Shown in pieces: positions 23,901 through 37,435 of a stretch of 64,000 nucleotides of DNA. The position numbers and the translations under genes are program-made. Under the pieces are notes generated by a model. It made no database searches. It saw only the letters and a program-made list of their open reading frames with translations, and was not told the origin of the DNA. Each line of letters begins with the position of its first letter. The first letter of the stretch is position 1. Source of the stretch: Azolla caroliniana (lineage: Eukaryota > Plantae > Polypodiophyta); NCBI GenBank assembly GCA_043228905.1, contig JBHGNT010000001.1, positions 29,512,001 through 29,576,000 on the forward strand, in the 5' to 3' direction.

Positions 23901-24919
23901 TCATAAGCATACCAAACAATTTGAACTGATGAATGTGTTTTCCAACGATGAATGTATGTATCATTGATTCTTTTGTAAACATTACAGTGTAATGTTGAAT
24001 CCTAACAAGGCATACTGCAATGTTAAGACTCTTGTTACTTTGAGTTTTGCAGCTCATTGTAAAAATAGTTTCGTTTCACATTAACACAGACATTGATGCT
24101 CATAGAGATTTCTGGATATGTTAAAAGGGTGGAGATGCACATCTCACTTAAAAGATGTAATCTCTTGTTTGGTCTTATAGGCCATTTTGCCCTCTTAAAA
24201 GATGTTAATATATCTTTCTTTCTTTCTTTGAATGCTTGGTAATATTGGGTTTATCATTCCAGAAATATGATGATAAGGAAAGTAAAGAGTTCCTCTTTTG
24301 ACACAGCTGGGAGAAAGATGTGGTCGCACTTTTTGTTTAAGTAATTTGCATGTTTTTTGTAGGGTTTGATTCCAAGAGCTCAGGCACTAATCTCCCTTGG
24401 TGGGACTTTCTTCTTATCTTTTGGGCCTCTCATCCTCGCAAGCGTTACCATCTTTGTAGTTTTATACTTGGTAAGTAATTAAATGCACCTGTTTATTTTC
24501 CTGCTTCCTTGTAAATGATATTTCTCATTTATAATCCAAATGCATTTTTCTTTTTATTTATTTATTTAATTCTTTCACTTAATGAAGAGAATGTAAGTAA
24601 TCCATATTCTCTGGTTTTCTATTATAAATATGTTGTTCTGTCATATAAATGAGATCGTATCAGTTTCCTATTTTCCTCGGTGATGATGTAATGGAAACAT
24701 ATGAATGAGAATTTTATTTACTCTATCTTCTTGGTGGTGATGTAATGGAAATCCATTTCTCGACTCAATTTGCAGTATTATGGGCCGATTTTCATACACA
24801 CGGGATCAGGTGTGGAGCAAAGGCAGCCGATGAAATATGTTGATCCATACGAGTTGTTGGAAAAGGAACAAATACCATCTGAGATTGGTCCATCATTTGT
24901 ACCATTCAATTCAAGATAA
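21000..24919 (+). CDS. Conserved plastid-targeted membrane protein of unknown function (At1g50020-like)
   Basis: Exons 21000-21180, 22917-23161, 24363-24470, 24776-24919; Ser/Arg-rich transit-like N-terminus, PETLFMRELKRRG, DQRKQSMALNSEGLEGLIPRA, TM segment GGTFFLSFGPLIL, YVDPYELL. Confidence 0.88.
21450..22880. repeat. Degenerate ~60-bp tandem array filling intron 1 of the At1g50020-like gene
   Basis: Recurring gttgatgag.gagaga...tatatc...ttttcttgtacaattg...ttccaattt...gtattaagtag. Confidence 0.7.
24150..24229 (+). mobile_element. Short 3' end of an RTEX-like LINE with (TTTC)n tail, in intron 2
   Basis: aagatgtaatctcttgtttggtcttataggccattttgccctcttaaaagatgttaatatatctttctttc, matching the tail of 55540-56215. 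Confidence 0.8.
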
Positions 24920-27051
24920 CCAAATGTTTGCTAACTATATTATTGTTGATATTATTGAAACACTTCATTCTGTTGTAAAACCAAGGTATTTATATACATA
25001 TACACTTATTTGCCTCATTTTCATTGACCATTACTTGTTTAATTTTTAATAAAATGTTTGTTCAGTCGCAATGTATATTAAATAATGATAGGACAAGTGT
25101 ATTTATTTATCATCAAACAGTACAAGATGTGTGTCATCAAGTTGTATCTATTTACTTCATACTTCATGTCGAGTTTTGATTTAGGCACCATATCCAAAGT
25201 AGTTCTTGTATCCTTCATTCTCTGTTAATTTTCATTGCTCATTGCTCAATGCTCATGTGATTGTTTAGGGGGCAAAAGTACGACTATTTGTTAATTTTGG
25301 AGCTAATGTGTGAACTTCTATAGGATAACAACATGAATGCTAATATTTGTGTGAGGTTGATATTAGAAACTTCACTACATCTTATGAGAATATATAATTA
25401 TACTTGTTTAGGTGGTCTCTCAACCAAACAATGGATGATGATGAAGTCAATTTTAAAGCAACATCATGATTATATGTAACTTGTTTTAAGGTCATTAAGG
25501 CCAAATCAGGGTTGGAATAATCAGTTGCTTTGTGGAGATATGACAAGCTCTTCAATTGTAAAACATTGAGTACATGACGAATCAAGCTCTTCAATGACTG
25601 CTTTGTAGTGCATTTTTTAAGCAAGTATTACCTGGCTTGTTTCAAAATTTCTCATTACTGTAATATTATTACTTTTGAAATGACTGTTCTAATTTGCAGC
25701 TCAATTTCAAATTCTCACACTTTTGCCCCACATGCTAAAGAGAGTTTTTATTGGCGTGTACTGTTACCTTATCCAATAGTGCAATGTAACCATGTCTAAG
25801 GTATTTGTGGTTGCGTGTAACAACCTAGGTGTTGCATCTAATGTTTACAAAGTTATATTCATCTCAAGTTTGCTGCTTTTTATTATTCCATCCTTTCTTT
25901 TTCTCCATAGTGGGTGTTATATGGCTTATTATCTTTGCAAATTCTACATCACAACATTGGATTTCTTGTCACATATAACAAATGCATAAAGTATTTCAGA
26001 ATGTAAACCTTTGCCACAATAATCTTATCCCACTTTGGATGTTTTGAAAGGCTTCTTGTTTGTCTTTAAGAGATTATGAACATGTAATTCCAATCCTTCT
26101 ATATAGATGCATATTGTACTCAATGCATACGCTATGATGGTCTAGCATCCCATTATTTGCATTCACATTTACCCACATTTCCCATTAGTTAAGATTCATA
26201 CCTTATTTGGTAATAGTAAATGGAACAATATTACCATGCATAAACTTAATCACTATGAGCACTTTCTATAATTTGCTATATTTTTTTATCTGTTCCATCT
26301 AAATCTAAATTGCTAAACGAATTCAATACTGAAAGGTGAATTTGGTCGAGAGAAAGGGGAACCTTTTAATTGCCCCAAACAGAAAACAAATAATTGAGGA
26401 AAGAAATTGGGATGAATGTAATTTGATCACAAGACCATACTACGAGGGGCATATACGAAAATAATGGAAAATCTAAGGAAATTTATAGAATGATATTTTA
26501 CAAGTATCAAAAGGTTTCAAAAGCCATGGTAATGGACATGAGAGCTCCATCTCTCAATGTTTTTTTGACTGGCGGAGGACAGAGGATTTGTGTCAGGAAA
26601 CAGAGCATTTTGTTTCATCATATCTGCAACAAAAGAAAACCTTTCTTCCCATCTTGACACAACATAACTTCCTATTGGGAAAATGCGAGTCCTTGTATAG
26701 TTAGTTGTTATTTATTATTCTCTGAATCTTTTCGAATAGGCCTTTCAATAGAATTATGTATCATCATTTTTAAGTGAGAAATCGTGTCTTAAATTTGAAG
26801 CCCAAGAGTAAAGTTCCAAATGAAATTTTGCATTCATGGAGTTCAAAAAGTTTGAATATGGAATCTCAAAATGTAGATTATTCTTACATCATTCACATAT
26901 GTATGTATATATGGTTTTAGTAACCTTCATTCCTTGAACTTCATTTTATGTGATGCTTTACATCGTGTTTGGGTTCATTTGAAGCCTAAAAAGGATTTCA
27001 AATTTATGGATTGCTTCTAGGAGGCTTAATAGTATCACTGAATTATAAGAT

Positions 27052-29061
27052 ATGTCCATCCAAAGGATATGGGCGATGGATTCTTGCAAGGCTTCATTTA
27101 TACTAACTTTGTCTACGTGTGCTAGCAATTTAGCTTTAATGGAAGGGAAACTTGTTCATGATATGGTCACAAAAGATGCCTGCGAGAATGATACCATGAT
27201 AAACACTTCAATGCTCAAGATGTATGGGAAATGTGGTAGCCTAGATGAGGCCAAGAATGTATTTGATAGGGTTTATGTAAAAGATGTCATCTTGTGGAAT
27301 GCAATGATCTCTATTTATGCGCAAAGTGGGTTGGGAAAAGAAGCCATAACCCTATTTAGCCTGATGATATGGGAAGGGGAGAGGCCAAATGAAGCTACAT
27401 TTGTAGGCCTTCTTTCGGCCTCTTCTTGCCATGATGTCTCTCCAGTGCAAAGCTTTGAAACACATATTTATATTATCGAATGTGGGTTGGATTCAGAATT
27501 GATTCTAGGAAATGCTCTTGTCACTGCTTACGGTAAAATGCATGGTAGCTTGGAGAGAGCCAGAGAGGCATTTGATAGAATGCATGAGCATAATGTGGTC
27601 TCTTGGAATGTCATCATATCAATGTATGCGCAACATGGGCAGAAAATGAAGGCCCTCTCTCTCTTTGTGCAGATGATGATGGAAGGTATAATCCCAAACA
27701 AAGCCACTTTTGTCATTTATCTTTCTTCATGCACTACTACCATTGCTATCATCTCCTCTAGAACAAGCTTTCTCAAAGAAGTAAAAGCCATTCATGCTCA
27801 GATTTTGAGCTCCGTCGGGGTTGACACTGTATTAGGTAATTCACTAGTTCATGTCTATGGTAGGTGCAAAAGCTCTAAAGCCGCATGGGAAGTATTCAAT
27901 ATAATGCAAGAACAGAGCCTTGTCACGTGGACAACAATGCTTGCATCATACTCTCAAGATGGGCAAGGTTCCAAGGCCTTGCAAATGTTTGATCGGATGT
28001 ATCAAGAAGGCATAATGGCTGATAAAGTGGCGCTTATCACTGTTCTTGATTCGTGCAATAAGCTGGCCGATGGTGACTGTATCCATGTGAAAGCCATTGG
28101 CTGTGGTTACCTATCAGATGCTGTTGTTGCAACAGCTATCATCAAAATGTATGGAAAATGCAAGAACATTGATAAAGCAAAGAGTGTGTTCTATGATATG
28201 GTGGAACGAAGTGAGATTTCATGGAGCACCATGCTAACTGCCCTTGCTGAAAATAGTCTGGCTAAGGATTCTCTAGTGCTCTATAGAAATATGCAACAAG
28301 AAGGATTGGTGGTAGACAGTTTCACGTTAGGGAGTCTTCTTGATGCATGTGCTAGCCAAGCCTCTCTCACAGATGGCATTTGGGTTCATGCATCAAATAT
28401 AGTCAAAAGCAATTATGAATCGGATGTCATTGTGGGAACAGCCCTTTTGAACTTATATGGAAAATGTGGTTGCATAACACATGCTCATAAAAGTTTCAAC
28501 AAGCTCATCCACAAGGATTTGATAGCTTGGAATGCTTTGATTGCTTCCTATGCTCAACATGGGCATGCTAGGGAAGTATTTGAATTGCTAATTCAGATGC
28601 AAAAAGACTGTATTGTACCAAATGCAGTTACATTTATCAGTGTGTTATCGGCATGTAGTCATGCTGGATTCATTTCAGAGGGCTTCTGGTGCTCTCATCT
28701 CATGTGCAGAAAGCATCACATCGCTCACACTCTAGAACATTATGATTGCATCATTGATCTCCTTAGCCGGGCTGGTATGTTGAGTGAAGCTGAGATCTTG
28801 ATTAGGAAAATGCCACTTCAGCCTACAGCTATTTCATTGATGCCCTTGTTGAGTGCTTGTAGGTATCAGTCGGATATCAACAGAGCAAATCGTATCGCTC
28901 GGAATATTTTTTCTAAATATCCTGAGAATGCTGGATCATATGTTGTGCTTTCAAATATTTACTCGATGGTGTGTGATGGAGCAGAAGAGCCAACCAACAT
29001 AACAGAGGGTCAAATCATGGTGACCTTGCTTCCTTGGCAGGAAGAGGCAACAATTGTCTGA
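27052..29061 (+). CDS. PLS-class pentatricopeptide repeat protein with E domain and no DYW (organellar RNA-editing factor family)
   Basis: 669-aa intronless ORF with repeated ..L..MYGKCG.L..A..VF / VVSWN..I..YAQ.G motifs, FISVLSACSHAG, HYDCIIDLLSRAG, ending PENAGSYVVLSNIYS. Confidence 0.95.
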   Translation: MSIQRIWAMDSCKASFILTLSTCASNLALMEGKLVHDMVTKDACENDTMINTSMLKMYGKCGSLDEAKNVFDRVYVKDVILWNAMISIYAQSGLGKEAITLFSLMIWEGERPNEATFVGLLSASSCHDVSPVQSFETHIYIIECGLDSELILGNALVTAYGKMHGSLERAREAFDRMHEHNVVSWNVIISMYAQHGQKMKALSLFVQMMMEGIIPNKATFVIYLSSCTTTIAIISSRTSFLKEVKAIHAQILSSVGVDTVLGNSLVHVYGRCKSSKAAWEVFNIMQEQSLVTWTTMLASYSQDGQGSKALQMFDRMYQEGIMADKVALITVLDSCNKLADGDCIHVKAIGCGYLSDAVVATAIIKMYGKCKNIDKAKSVFYDMVERSEISWSTMLTALAENSLAKDSLVLYRNMQQEGLVVDSFTLGSLLDACASQASLTDGIWVHASNIVKSNYESDVIVGTALLNLYGKCGCITHAHKSFNKLIHKDLIAWNALIASYAQHGHAREVFELLIQMQKDCIVPNAVTFISVLSACSHAGFISEGFWCSHLMCRKHHIAHTLEHYDCIIDLLSRAGMLSEAEILIRKMPLQPTAISLMPLLSACRYQSDINRANRIARNIFSKYPENAGSYVVLSNIYSMVCDGAEEPTNITEGQIMVTLLPWQEEATIV

Positions 29062-29317
29062 TATTGGGATGTAGAAATCATACGATAAATATGGGGCATG
29101 TATGGAGGCATACAAAGAATGGAACAGATAGTACAAGGACATTCAATTGGTAAATCACTGATATTTGATATCATTAAACGAAGGGTGCAACCTGAACCTA
29201 GAGTAACCTATGTAGGACGTATTACCACCTTTAGGAGAGGCTCCTATTCATGGAGTGAGTCTCCATCAAAGATTGGTATAAACTATCTTGTGGGTCGCAT
29301 ATACTGATTGATGATAA

Positions 29318-29619
29318 ACCTTCAAAATATCTTTGATGTTTTCACACATCCATTGAGTTACAAAAGACATGACAATTCACCAAGATTGGTGATGGGAGAT
29401 TAGGCATTTTGAAGATGATGATGGCTGAATTTGAATGTTACAGAGAGCAAGGCTCACTACAGACCTTTAAAATATCTTTGATGTTTTCACACATCCATTG
29501 AGTTACAAAAGAAACGACAATTCACCAAGATTGCTGATGGGAGATTAGGTATTTTGAAGATGCTCATGGCTGAATGTGAATGTTACAACTTACAGCAGAG
29601 AGCAAGGCTCACTACAGAC
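29318..29619. repeat. Tandem duplication, 2x ~150 bp, downstream of the PPR gene
   Basis: aaaatatctttgatgttttcacacatccattgagttacaaaaga...agagagcaaggctcactacagac occurs twice. Confidence 0.9.
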
Positions 29620-29926
29620 ATACATAAGTGATTGCAAGGTATTGCAAGCTCACTTTCTTCAATTGTTGACACTTTCAATATAACTCAAAGTCCATTCATG
29701 CTAGCCATGATGTTCATGCAGCTGTTAAACTTCTGTTTAATTATAGATGCAATTAAGTCTATCATTGTGCTTTATGGCTCTTTGCATTTGTCACTATGAT
29801 ATTCTATGCAGTTCAATGGCACTCAAAAAACCTCATTTAAATACATGAAGAATGATATACACATCAGTCAATAAAAGCCATCAATTGTACAATAAAAATC
29901 ATAATATGTATAGACTGGACGAACAC

Positions 29927-30399
29927 TAACAATCAGCAACGGTTCGGTTCGGTTCAAGAGGGTCCAAAGCGAACCGGTTTGGAACTGAACCGTTTACAAA
30001 TGTTGAAACTTGAACCAAACTGAACTGAACTGTAAAAACCGTGGTTTTGTGGTTTGGTTTTGGTTTTCAACTTAGGTCTAATTTTTAATTTTTTAAAATT
30101 TATAATATTTCATTATTTAAAATTTTTAATTTTTTTAAGATGTTCCTAAAATGTGAGAGTAAGGTCTAAAAATGCAAAGATTGTTTAAAAACAAATTTTA
30201 AATTTTTTTAGAATTTGTTTTAGAAATTTTAGAACCTTTTTTAAAAAAAAATTAAAAATAAAAAACCATTAAACCGGTTAAACCACGGTTTTTGACTGTT
30301 GAAACCGAACAGAACCGTTCAAAAAAATCTAAACCTGAACCGAACCGTTGAAACCGTTAAGCCGTGGTTTTGCAGTTCAAGAACCATTGCCGATTCTTA
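29927..30399. mobile_element. Complete non-autonomous hAT-type MITE (~473 bp)
   Basis: TIRs taacaatcagcaacggttc / gaaccattgccgattctta; 8-bp TSD acgaacac (29919-29926) / atgaacac (30400-30407); AACCG subterminal repeats and AT-rich core. Confidence 0.85.
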
Positions 30400-30796
30400 A
30401 TGAACACCATACAAATGAATATTCTATGAACCAATTATAAGTTGTGCACCATAAAACTCTCTTAATATATACAAGGCAAAATATTTCTATAGGTATGAAG
30501 TTGGATAAATTGATTTGTAGATATGAAGTTGGATAAATTGACTTTGAGGTGATTTCATAGTAATTAAAAACATAATTCTGTTCTCTTCCCTTGTACATAC
30601 CTACTTCAGAATCATTTATACTAAAACAATTTCAAAAATTCAAATGTGCAATATAAGAAACCGTGTCTTTTGATAGTCAACCAAGGTAGCATGATAGATG
30701 AGAGTTGTGCCAAGTTGGAGAATTGAACTATCACTATGTGGATTTTGACTTGTTGATGTACAATCTGCATAAATATGTAACGTATTCGTAATCTTC

Positions 30797-33700
30797 TCAA
30801 CTGCTTCGATACAAGGGTGCAATCCGAGGATCATTTTGTAACTTCTTCTCAAGCTCAACATATCTATAAAAATTAGAAAAATGGATAAAATCAAGCAACA
30901 TTAGAAAGAAATGTATCAAAACTTAGTCTGTTTATGCTCAAAGTGTGAAAGGAAGATGGGGAAAAAAGACATCATAACGGATTATACATTTTTAGTGTCT
31001 AATCAGAGGAAGATAGGAATTATATGTTAATGTCTAATCAGAGGAGCAATCCACCTCTTGTGTATAGAGACGCACTGACAAGTCTATAAGTGCAAAAAAG
31101 GCACAGAGAGAGAGAGAGAGAGAGATGTACTTCTTCATTGCTTCGTCTTCATGTAGCTTTGCCCGGAGCTCCAGAATTCTAATTCTGAAGAGTGCATTCT
31201 CACAGTCTTGATTGTACGTTTCTTCATCTTCGACGGTCATTTGCTCCCTGTCTCTCTCAAAATTGGTTCTCCTCTTAGATAACGCAGAGGTCTCTTCATC
31301 ATACCGAGACTAGAGGCCATTACAGGAAATTCGGTTAAACTTCTGGCAATTCATATGAATAAGAAAAGGTTTCAAAGGGCTAAACTAAAACACCTGAATG
31401 ATGGTTGCTCGGTTAACTAAACGTTCCTTCAGGGCCCCCAAGCATTTATCTCTGACCTCCAGCATTTGCTCTCTTGTAAGCTTCTGCCTTGGTCTCACAC
31501 CAGATGGTAGGAAAGATGATAAATAATCAGTTGTAAGCTGCCACAGAGGAAACAGTGTTATATTGAATTCAGGTTCCCAAATGAAAATTCGATAAATTAC
31601 ACTGTCAATGATTGACCAAGAGGAATTTCTTATAGTCTACTAATAATGGTATATCATATGTAATTGTCGTATATTAGTTTATCCCCAACGTGGGAATTCC
31701 AAAAACTCCCATATTATATAGTTAAATAGAAAATTTTGCTTCTCAGGTAATGAAAGAACCTTAATAGCATCTTCTCCTTCTTGGAAGAGATCATCTTGCT
31801 TGACACATGCTATATCTATATACGGGGTGATTAGAACAACATTTTGTTCTTCTCTCAATCTTTGTTGTAAAATTTCTTCAGTATCACGCTCGATATCACG
31901 AACAGACTTGATTGCTTCTCGTTCAGCCGTTACGAGGGTATTATATTCATCCAATTTCTCGAAACTTGTCATTGCTGGACTAAATGGATCTACCTGCAAA
32001 TATAATGTTTTTATTGTGTCTTTGGAAGGGGCAGTAAATATACATATAAACACAGTCGCCTTTGCCTGCACTAATGCTACTCAAGATGGTTGGATTCTAA
32101 TAGAGGAATAGCTTCAGGTATATTTACAGAAACTAGAGAATATTAATTGTCCATGAGGAGCATATACAAGTGCACCAAAACTAGATAATCGCAGTAATCA
32201 ATAAATGCTGTTTAGAATAAAACCATGTGAGAGAATGTATCACCATGTGATCTCAAAAGACAAATTGAAGAGAAGGCCATAATATCCCAAGGCAACGAGG
32301 AAAGCTTGCTTTCTTGCCACTGCTGTCCTTGGTAATCCAGCTGAAGCATCTCATTGTCTCAAGGTGTGAATGATATCAGACCATGCATTTACCAGCACTA
32401 CCAAAGTCGAATGTGTTTCTCCACCTAGGATGTGAACACTTCTAATACACCTCAGAGTAGTACTAGCAGTGCTACAGAAAATAACATATATCTCAATGAT
32501 CTGGCTCCTCTGATAGCGAATAAAAGTGAGCATGAAGAAACCCCGTCAGCGAATAAATACATGACCAGTCTATGCTCTCAAAGGGAGATACCAGTTGTGC
32601 AAGTCGGCATGAAAGAAATAGACAACATCAACTATAGAAGTGGGTTCATCCTTAGCATCAATACTGTATTGGGAACAATGCATAGAGAGTTCATATATAA
32701 CATCTGCAGTCAAAAATCTAACTTTGGGGAAGAAAGGACCTTGGAAGAAACTAGATCCAGGTATATCATTCACTATTTTCATTTTCAAGGTACATTAGAG
32801 AAGATTTCATATACTCTCCATGCTTCTATGGTGGTAAATACCTCTTGCACTAGCTCCCTTACATTTGGATGGGTGATTTGTGAAAGGTATAAACTAGAAA
32901 GAGATTGGATATCTGGCATATGAAAGCACCTGTGCAAATCCTATAAATATGATACAATAGCATCATTTTGATCACCAGTATTGAGCTCTTGCCCTGGGTG
33001 GCCTTGCCAGTCATTGAAGCAGGAAAAGGCTGTTTTCTAATATTTCCTGGAGGGGAAACAAGGAGTTTTATTTTTACAAGCTTTCAATTCTCTCTAAAAG
33101 ACGTTAATATGTCTTTCTTTCTCCAGCAATGCCTTTCTATGTGTGCACTTCCTGTATTGGTGATTCATGAGTTTCGTTAACCTTGCAAGTGGATCTTCAA
33201 AGAGTACGTTGTAAGCATGTTGGTGCTTCAATTTTGCAATTATATAACTTGTTTTACACCATGCTTATCTTTGCAAGTATGTTGACACTTTAGGATGTGA
33301 ATATAATTAGGATCTTGTTCCTGTTCACATCCTCAAATTGTAGTATGGTCAATATGTTTTCTGCCTTTATGCCCCTGTACAATTGACAACTTCGTCTCAC
33401 TTTATTGTATTCCTACGGGACAGCTGGAAACAAATCTGGAAGTTGGTATGGGCAACTCTCAAATTGTAGCTATGGTCAACTTCTTGTCTCTATAGTGTGT
33501 AATGCTACTAATCCAATAGATATGTATAATGCTAATGCATCAACGAGCTGAAAACATAAAACTACCACCAAACATATGTACCTCATTCCACAGGAAAAAA
33601 CTTTGAAGTAACATAGAAATCTTTACTGTACCTGCATTAAGGTCAATGATCCATCTTTCTTGTACATACGAGAATTATGAGTTATGTGTCTCTCTATGTG

Positions 33701-36700
33701 ATGGTAATCAACCCTTATCTCATCAGTGCTTAGCTTGAAAACGTATTTAGCCACATTGTCTTTTGGACGTGTTCCATTCCTTAGCTCATATCTATTTCAA
33801 GAAGTACCAGATCACAGGGTATCCTTCTCAAGCAACAAATCATGTAGTTTTAACAAGTACTTACTTTAGACTGATCTTGATGATAGGGAGAAGCTTTTCA
33901 GCTATAATTCGTCTCTTCGGAATTGGCAGGAGTTTTTTCTCTTCCTGTTTATCTGATGAAGCAGTTGACAGTTTGTTCCTGTTGCTTGGACTGAGAACAG
34001 GAATGGTTATGTTTGCATCCATAAACATGGAAGTATGGATTTGGAAACGAAACATTCAGTCGTGGTTCAAGAAAACTAATAGAATACCTTCCTTGCCAGC
34101 GTGACATCACCCTTGAACGAGTCCTGCTTCTCAGGCTATCGACAGACATTCTTCCAGCCCTAATACTTCCTTCTAACCGTACACTTCCTGGCCTCGAGAC
34201 ACTCCCTTTAGTGGAGCCATCACCATGGATACCAGAATCACTCTCTAAGTGCCTCTCATTTAGGACCTTTGGAGTCTGTTCCTCTCTAGTAGGTGGTTTT
34301 GGCAGTCCATAGCAAACACATCGATATATTAGACAATCTTCCTGGTTAAAGAACCTTTCCACTATCTTCTTTCCAATAATCTGCAAAAGAAAAGAATTCG
34401 AAAATGAGAATGCAGAGTAGAAGTGGATTTTATGTTATTTCTTCAAGAATAAAGAGTTATAAAAGGTTATCTTACTTCCTCTCGGCTGAGTAGTCCATCA
34501 TTTCTACAGTTTTCATAAAACAAGAATTTGCGGCTCTCTCCATCAATTATCTCTGTTTCTTTCAAGGAAAAACTTGCACCAGCATCAAAAAAATCATGGA
34601 CCTGATTCATTTTTCTAATGTTACGAAATTTTCTTGGCATTATTAGGCAGAAAATTAGCCATAGATTTGATGCAACTTTGAGGAATTAAAATGGTGTATG
34701 TTTAGGAGAAGAATTGCAAGCATTTTGAAGACTAATTGATACATAAGAAAATAACCTCTTCACGTCAGTTAGAGATCGAGAATGGATTTGCCAAATATTC
34801 CGTTGAGATGTTGATTTAGAAGAAGATTTTGGTTGACTTAGTGCTATGTTTTTTATGAAACAAGGGGGAGATACCATTGCTTCTTCACACAAGGCTTGAG
34901 GCACAAACAACCAATGATGCTGGGGTAGGTGCGTGCTAGATGTAATATAGAAGAGTAAATTTTTCGTACAGTGTAGAAATTTGGGAACTGAGCCTTCATT
35001 GGCTCATAACTGGACAGATTTAGAGAGACCTTTAGTCTTGATGATTTCTCACTTAATAAAGCAATATAATCCAGGTGGAGTTGGGAGCAGTGACCAGTAT
35101 CCAAAGAACTTCTGCGCTTCCCAAGCAAAGGTACCCAAGATTGGCATTAAGGTCATTGAAACAACTAGCCAAAAATGGAGATAATCATTGTTGGTATGCT
35201 GAATGGTTCCAATTGTATGGATGTCAAATATACCTTTGATGTCCACACCTGACCATGACTAAACAGGAAAAGAATAGAGTGATCTGAACTAATATCATTA
35301 AATTGGATCAGTCCCACAACATCTCTTGGTAGAAAGATAGCTCACCACAAGGCACTCTTTTTACACATGTAGCTGGATGGATTTATTATAAGATCTTATA
35401 CGGATACACCTCTATCTCCTATGCTCGGTAGTGTGATAGGACTGCTGTGTACCTCTTCACAACAATTAGAAATTGAGATAGGGAGACATGCAGACAAATC
35501 TATGGAAGAACGGATATGCCAACTATGCCATCAAGGGGTGGAATAAGAAGACACTAGCTGTCACTGCAGTGTTTTTTATGAAATAGGAGGGAGATATTAC
35601 TGCCTTTTCAAAGAACGCTTTGGCCCACTACAAAGAGGCCATGGAATACAAAGACCAGCAATGGTTGGTCAAGAGACCGAGAAAAGCTGTTGATCAACAA
35701 CAATACAACCATAACACCTCTTCAATAGAGGACAAGCACAACTTTCTTTAGCCACATCACTCCTCGAACAAGACACTTGAAAGATGTTACAATAAATCAT
35801 GCAATAGTAATGTGCATGCAAATAGGCCACAACCTCGTTACCCTTGTCATCGACAAATAAAAGCCACTATCACCCGGCACCAAAGATGTTTCTCTTTCTT
35901 CGGAGAGCTCTCCATCTTGAAGTGTTTAATGTTGGAGATTTTTCAAAGACAAAAGTTTCAGTCTAAGTTTAGAATCTTAATTTCTTAAATATATAGATTT
36001 AGTACCATATGTTTAGTTGTATTTACTTTGGTTTGTTGTCCTGAAAAGACAAGAAAACATTGCAAGATGTAACCTCTTGTTTGGTCTTATAGGCCATTTT
36101 GGCCTCTTAAAAGACATTAATATAGCATTCATTCGTTCATCTTTAGCACCACCACTCCTTTCTCTCATACTAGAGCTCAATCAAGGAATACAGAAGAAGT
36201 GCCCGACCATATCATTTAAATTGGATCATCATATACATCTTTCAGTGTACTAACATGCTAATAGAACAAAAGGCTCTGTGAGAAAATATGAAAGTACCTA
36301 CAGTTGTCTGAGTGAGCAGCATCTCTGTTAATGAGTATGAGTGCTGGATATCCATACCAAGGTGTAACATCGTACAAGAATCTCATCAGATGTGATAATT
36401 ACTAAGATATATACGAGTGTCTATTAGAGTCCATAATCATGGATTCAATCTTTTAACACAAAATAATCAATATGTCTCTGTCCTTTTCCTGTCAATTCTG
36501 ATTGACATCGTTACAGTTTAGTTCCCTCCCCAATTTTACATGCATTTCCACTTAGCCAATAATAATACCATGTTGCCTTCAACTACTTCTCATCTTGGTG
36601 AATTTAAATTGTTTTTAGTATGAAGAAGAGTACAACATTTAAGATTTACAAGTTCAAAGTTATGTTGGAATAAATACTTAGAGCTAAACCTTGTTTAAGT

Positions 36701-37400
36701 TCGGGATAAAAATGCGCTTTCGAAGTGCATCCTTCCGACGCTGAAAGAAGTCGTGGATTTCTGATACATTGGTCCTTTCATCATCTTCATATAAGATTAT
36801 CCTTTCAATTAAGCCATCCCATCGTACAAAGTCACCATAGAAGGAGTAAAGTTCATGTGAGCATCGGTGATAGTATGTCCTTTTCGCACCTTTTGGACAC
36901 CTGGAGTAAACAGTGTGCCAAAAATCCACGAGTACTAGAAGTGAATAGAGGAAAATGAAGAATCAGTCCTTGTGAGAAAATATATGTCCAAGTAACAAAA
37001 TGACAGGATTGAAATATCAGTCTACAAATGGTTGTAATTTTGAAGAACTACACATAAACGTAAACCTAAAAACTTATAATTTTGCAGCATACATAAACAA
37101 AACAAATGAGCTATCATGTAGTCATATCTCCATTGGATGGCATGTTATATTTGCAGAGATGATTGTCACTTGTCAAATATGGTAAATATAGCTCTTATAA
37201 ACCAACTTTACAAACTAATATCTAGTTCATCTCACATATATAATAATATTTGAGTTTATATACCATGATGGGGTCTTCATAGTTTTGATAACCTAACACA
37301 TGTTTTAAGCTGAAGTAAGCACAAACCTAGTTTCCCTAATTCTCTTGGGTGTTCAACACAATAGGTCTTCTCCCAAGGTAACCATCAATCGCGAGTAACA

Positions 37401-37435
<35 letters not shown>

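Noticed and set aside
21000-27052. In-frame splicing of the upstream transit-peptide exon onto the PPR ORF
   Set aside because: Phase does not match at the 27020 acceptor and an in-frame TAA at 27046 precedes the PPR ATG
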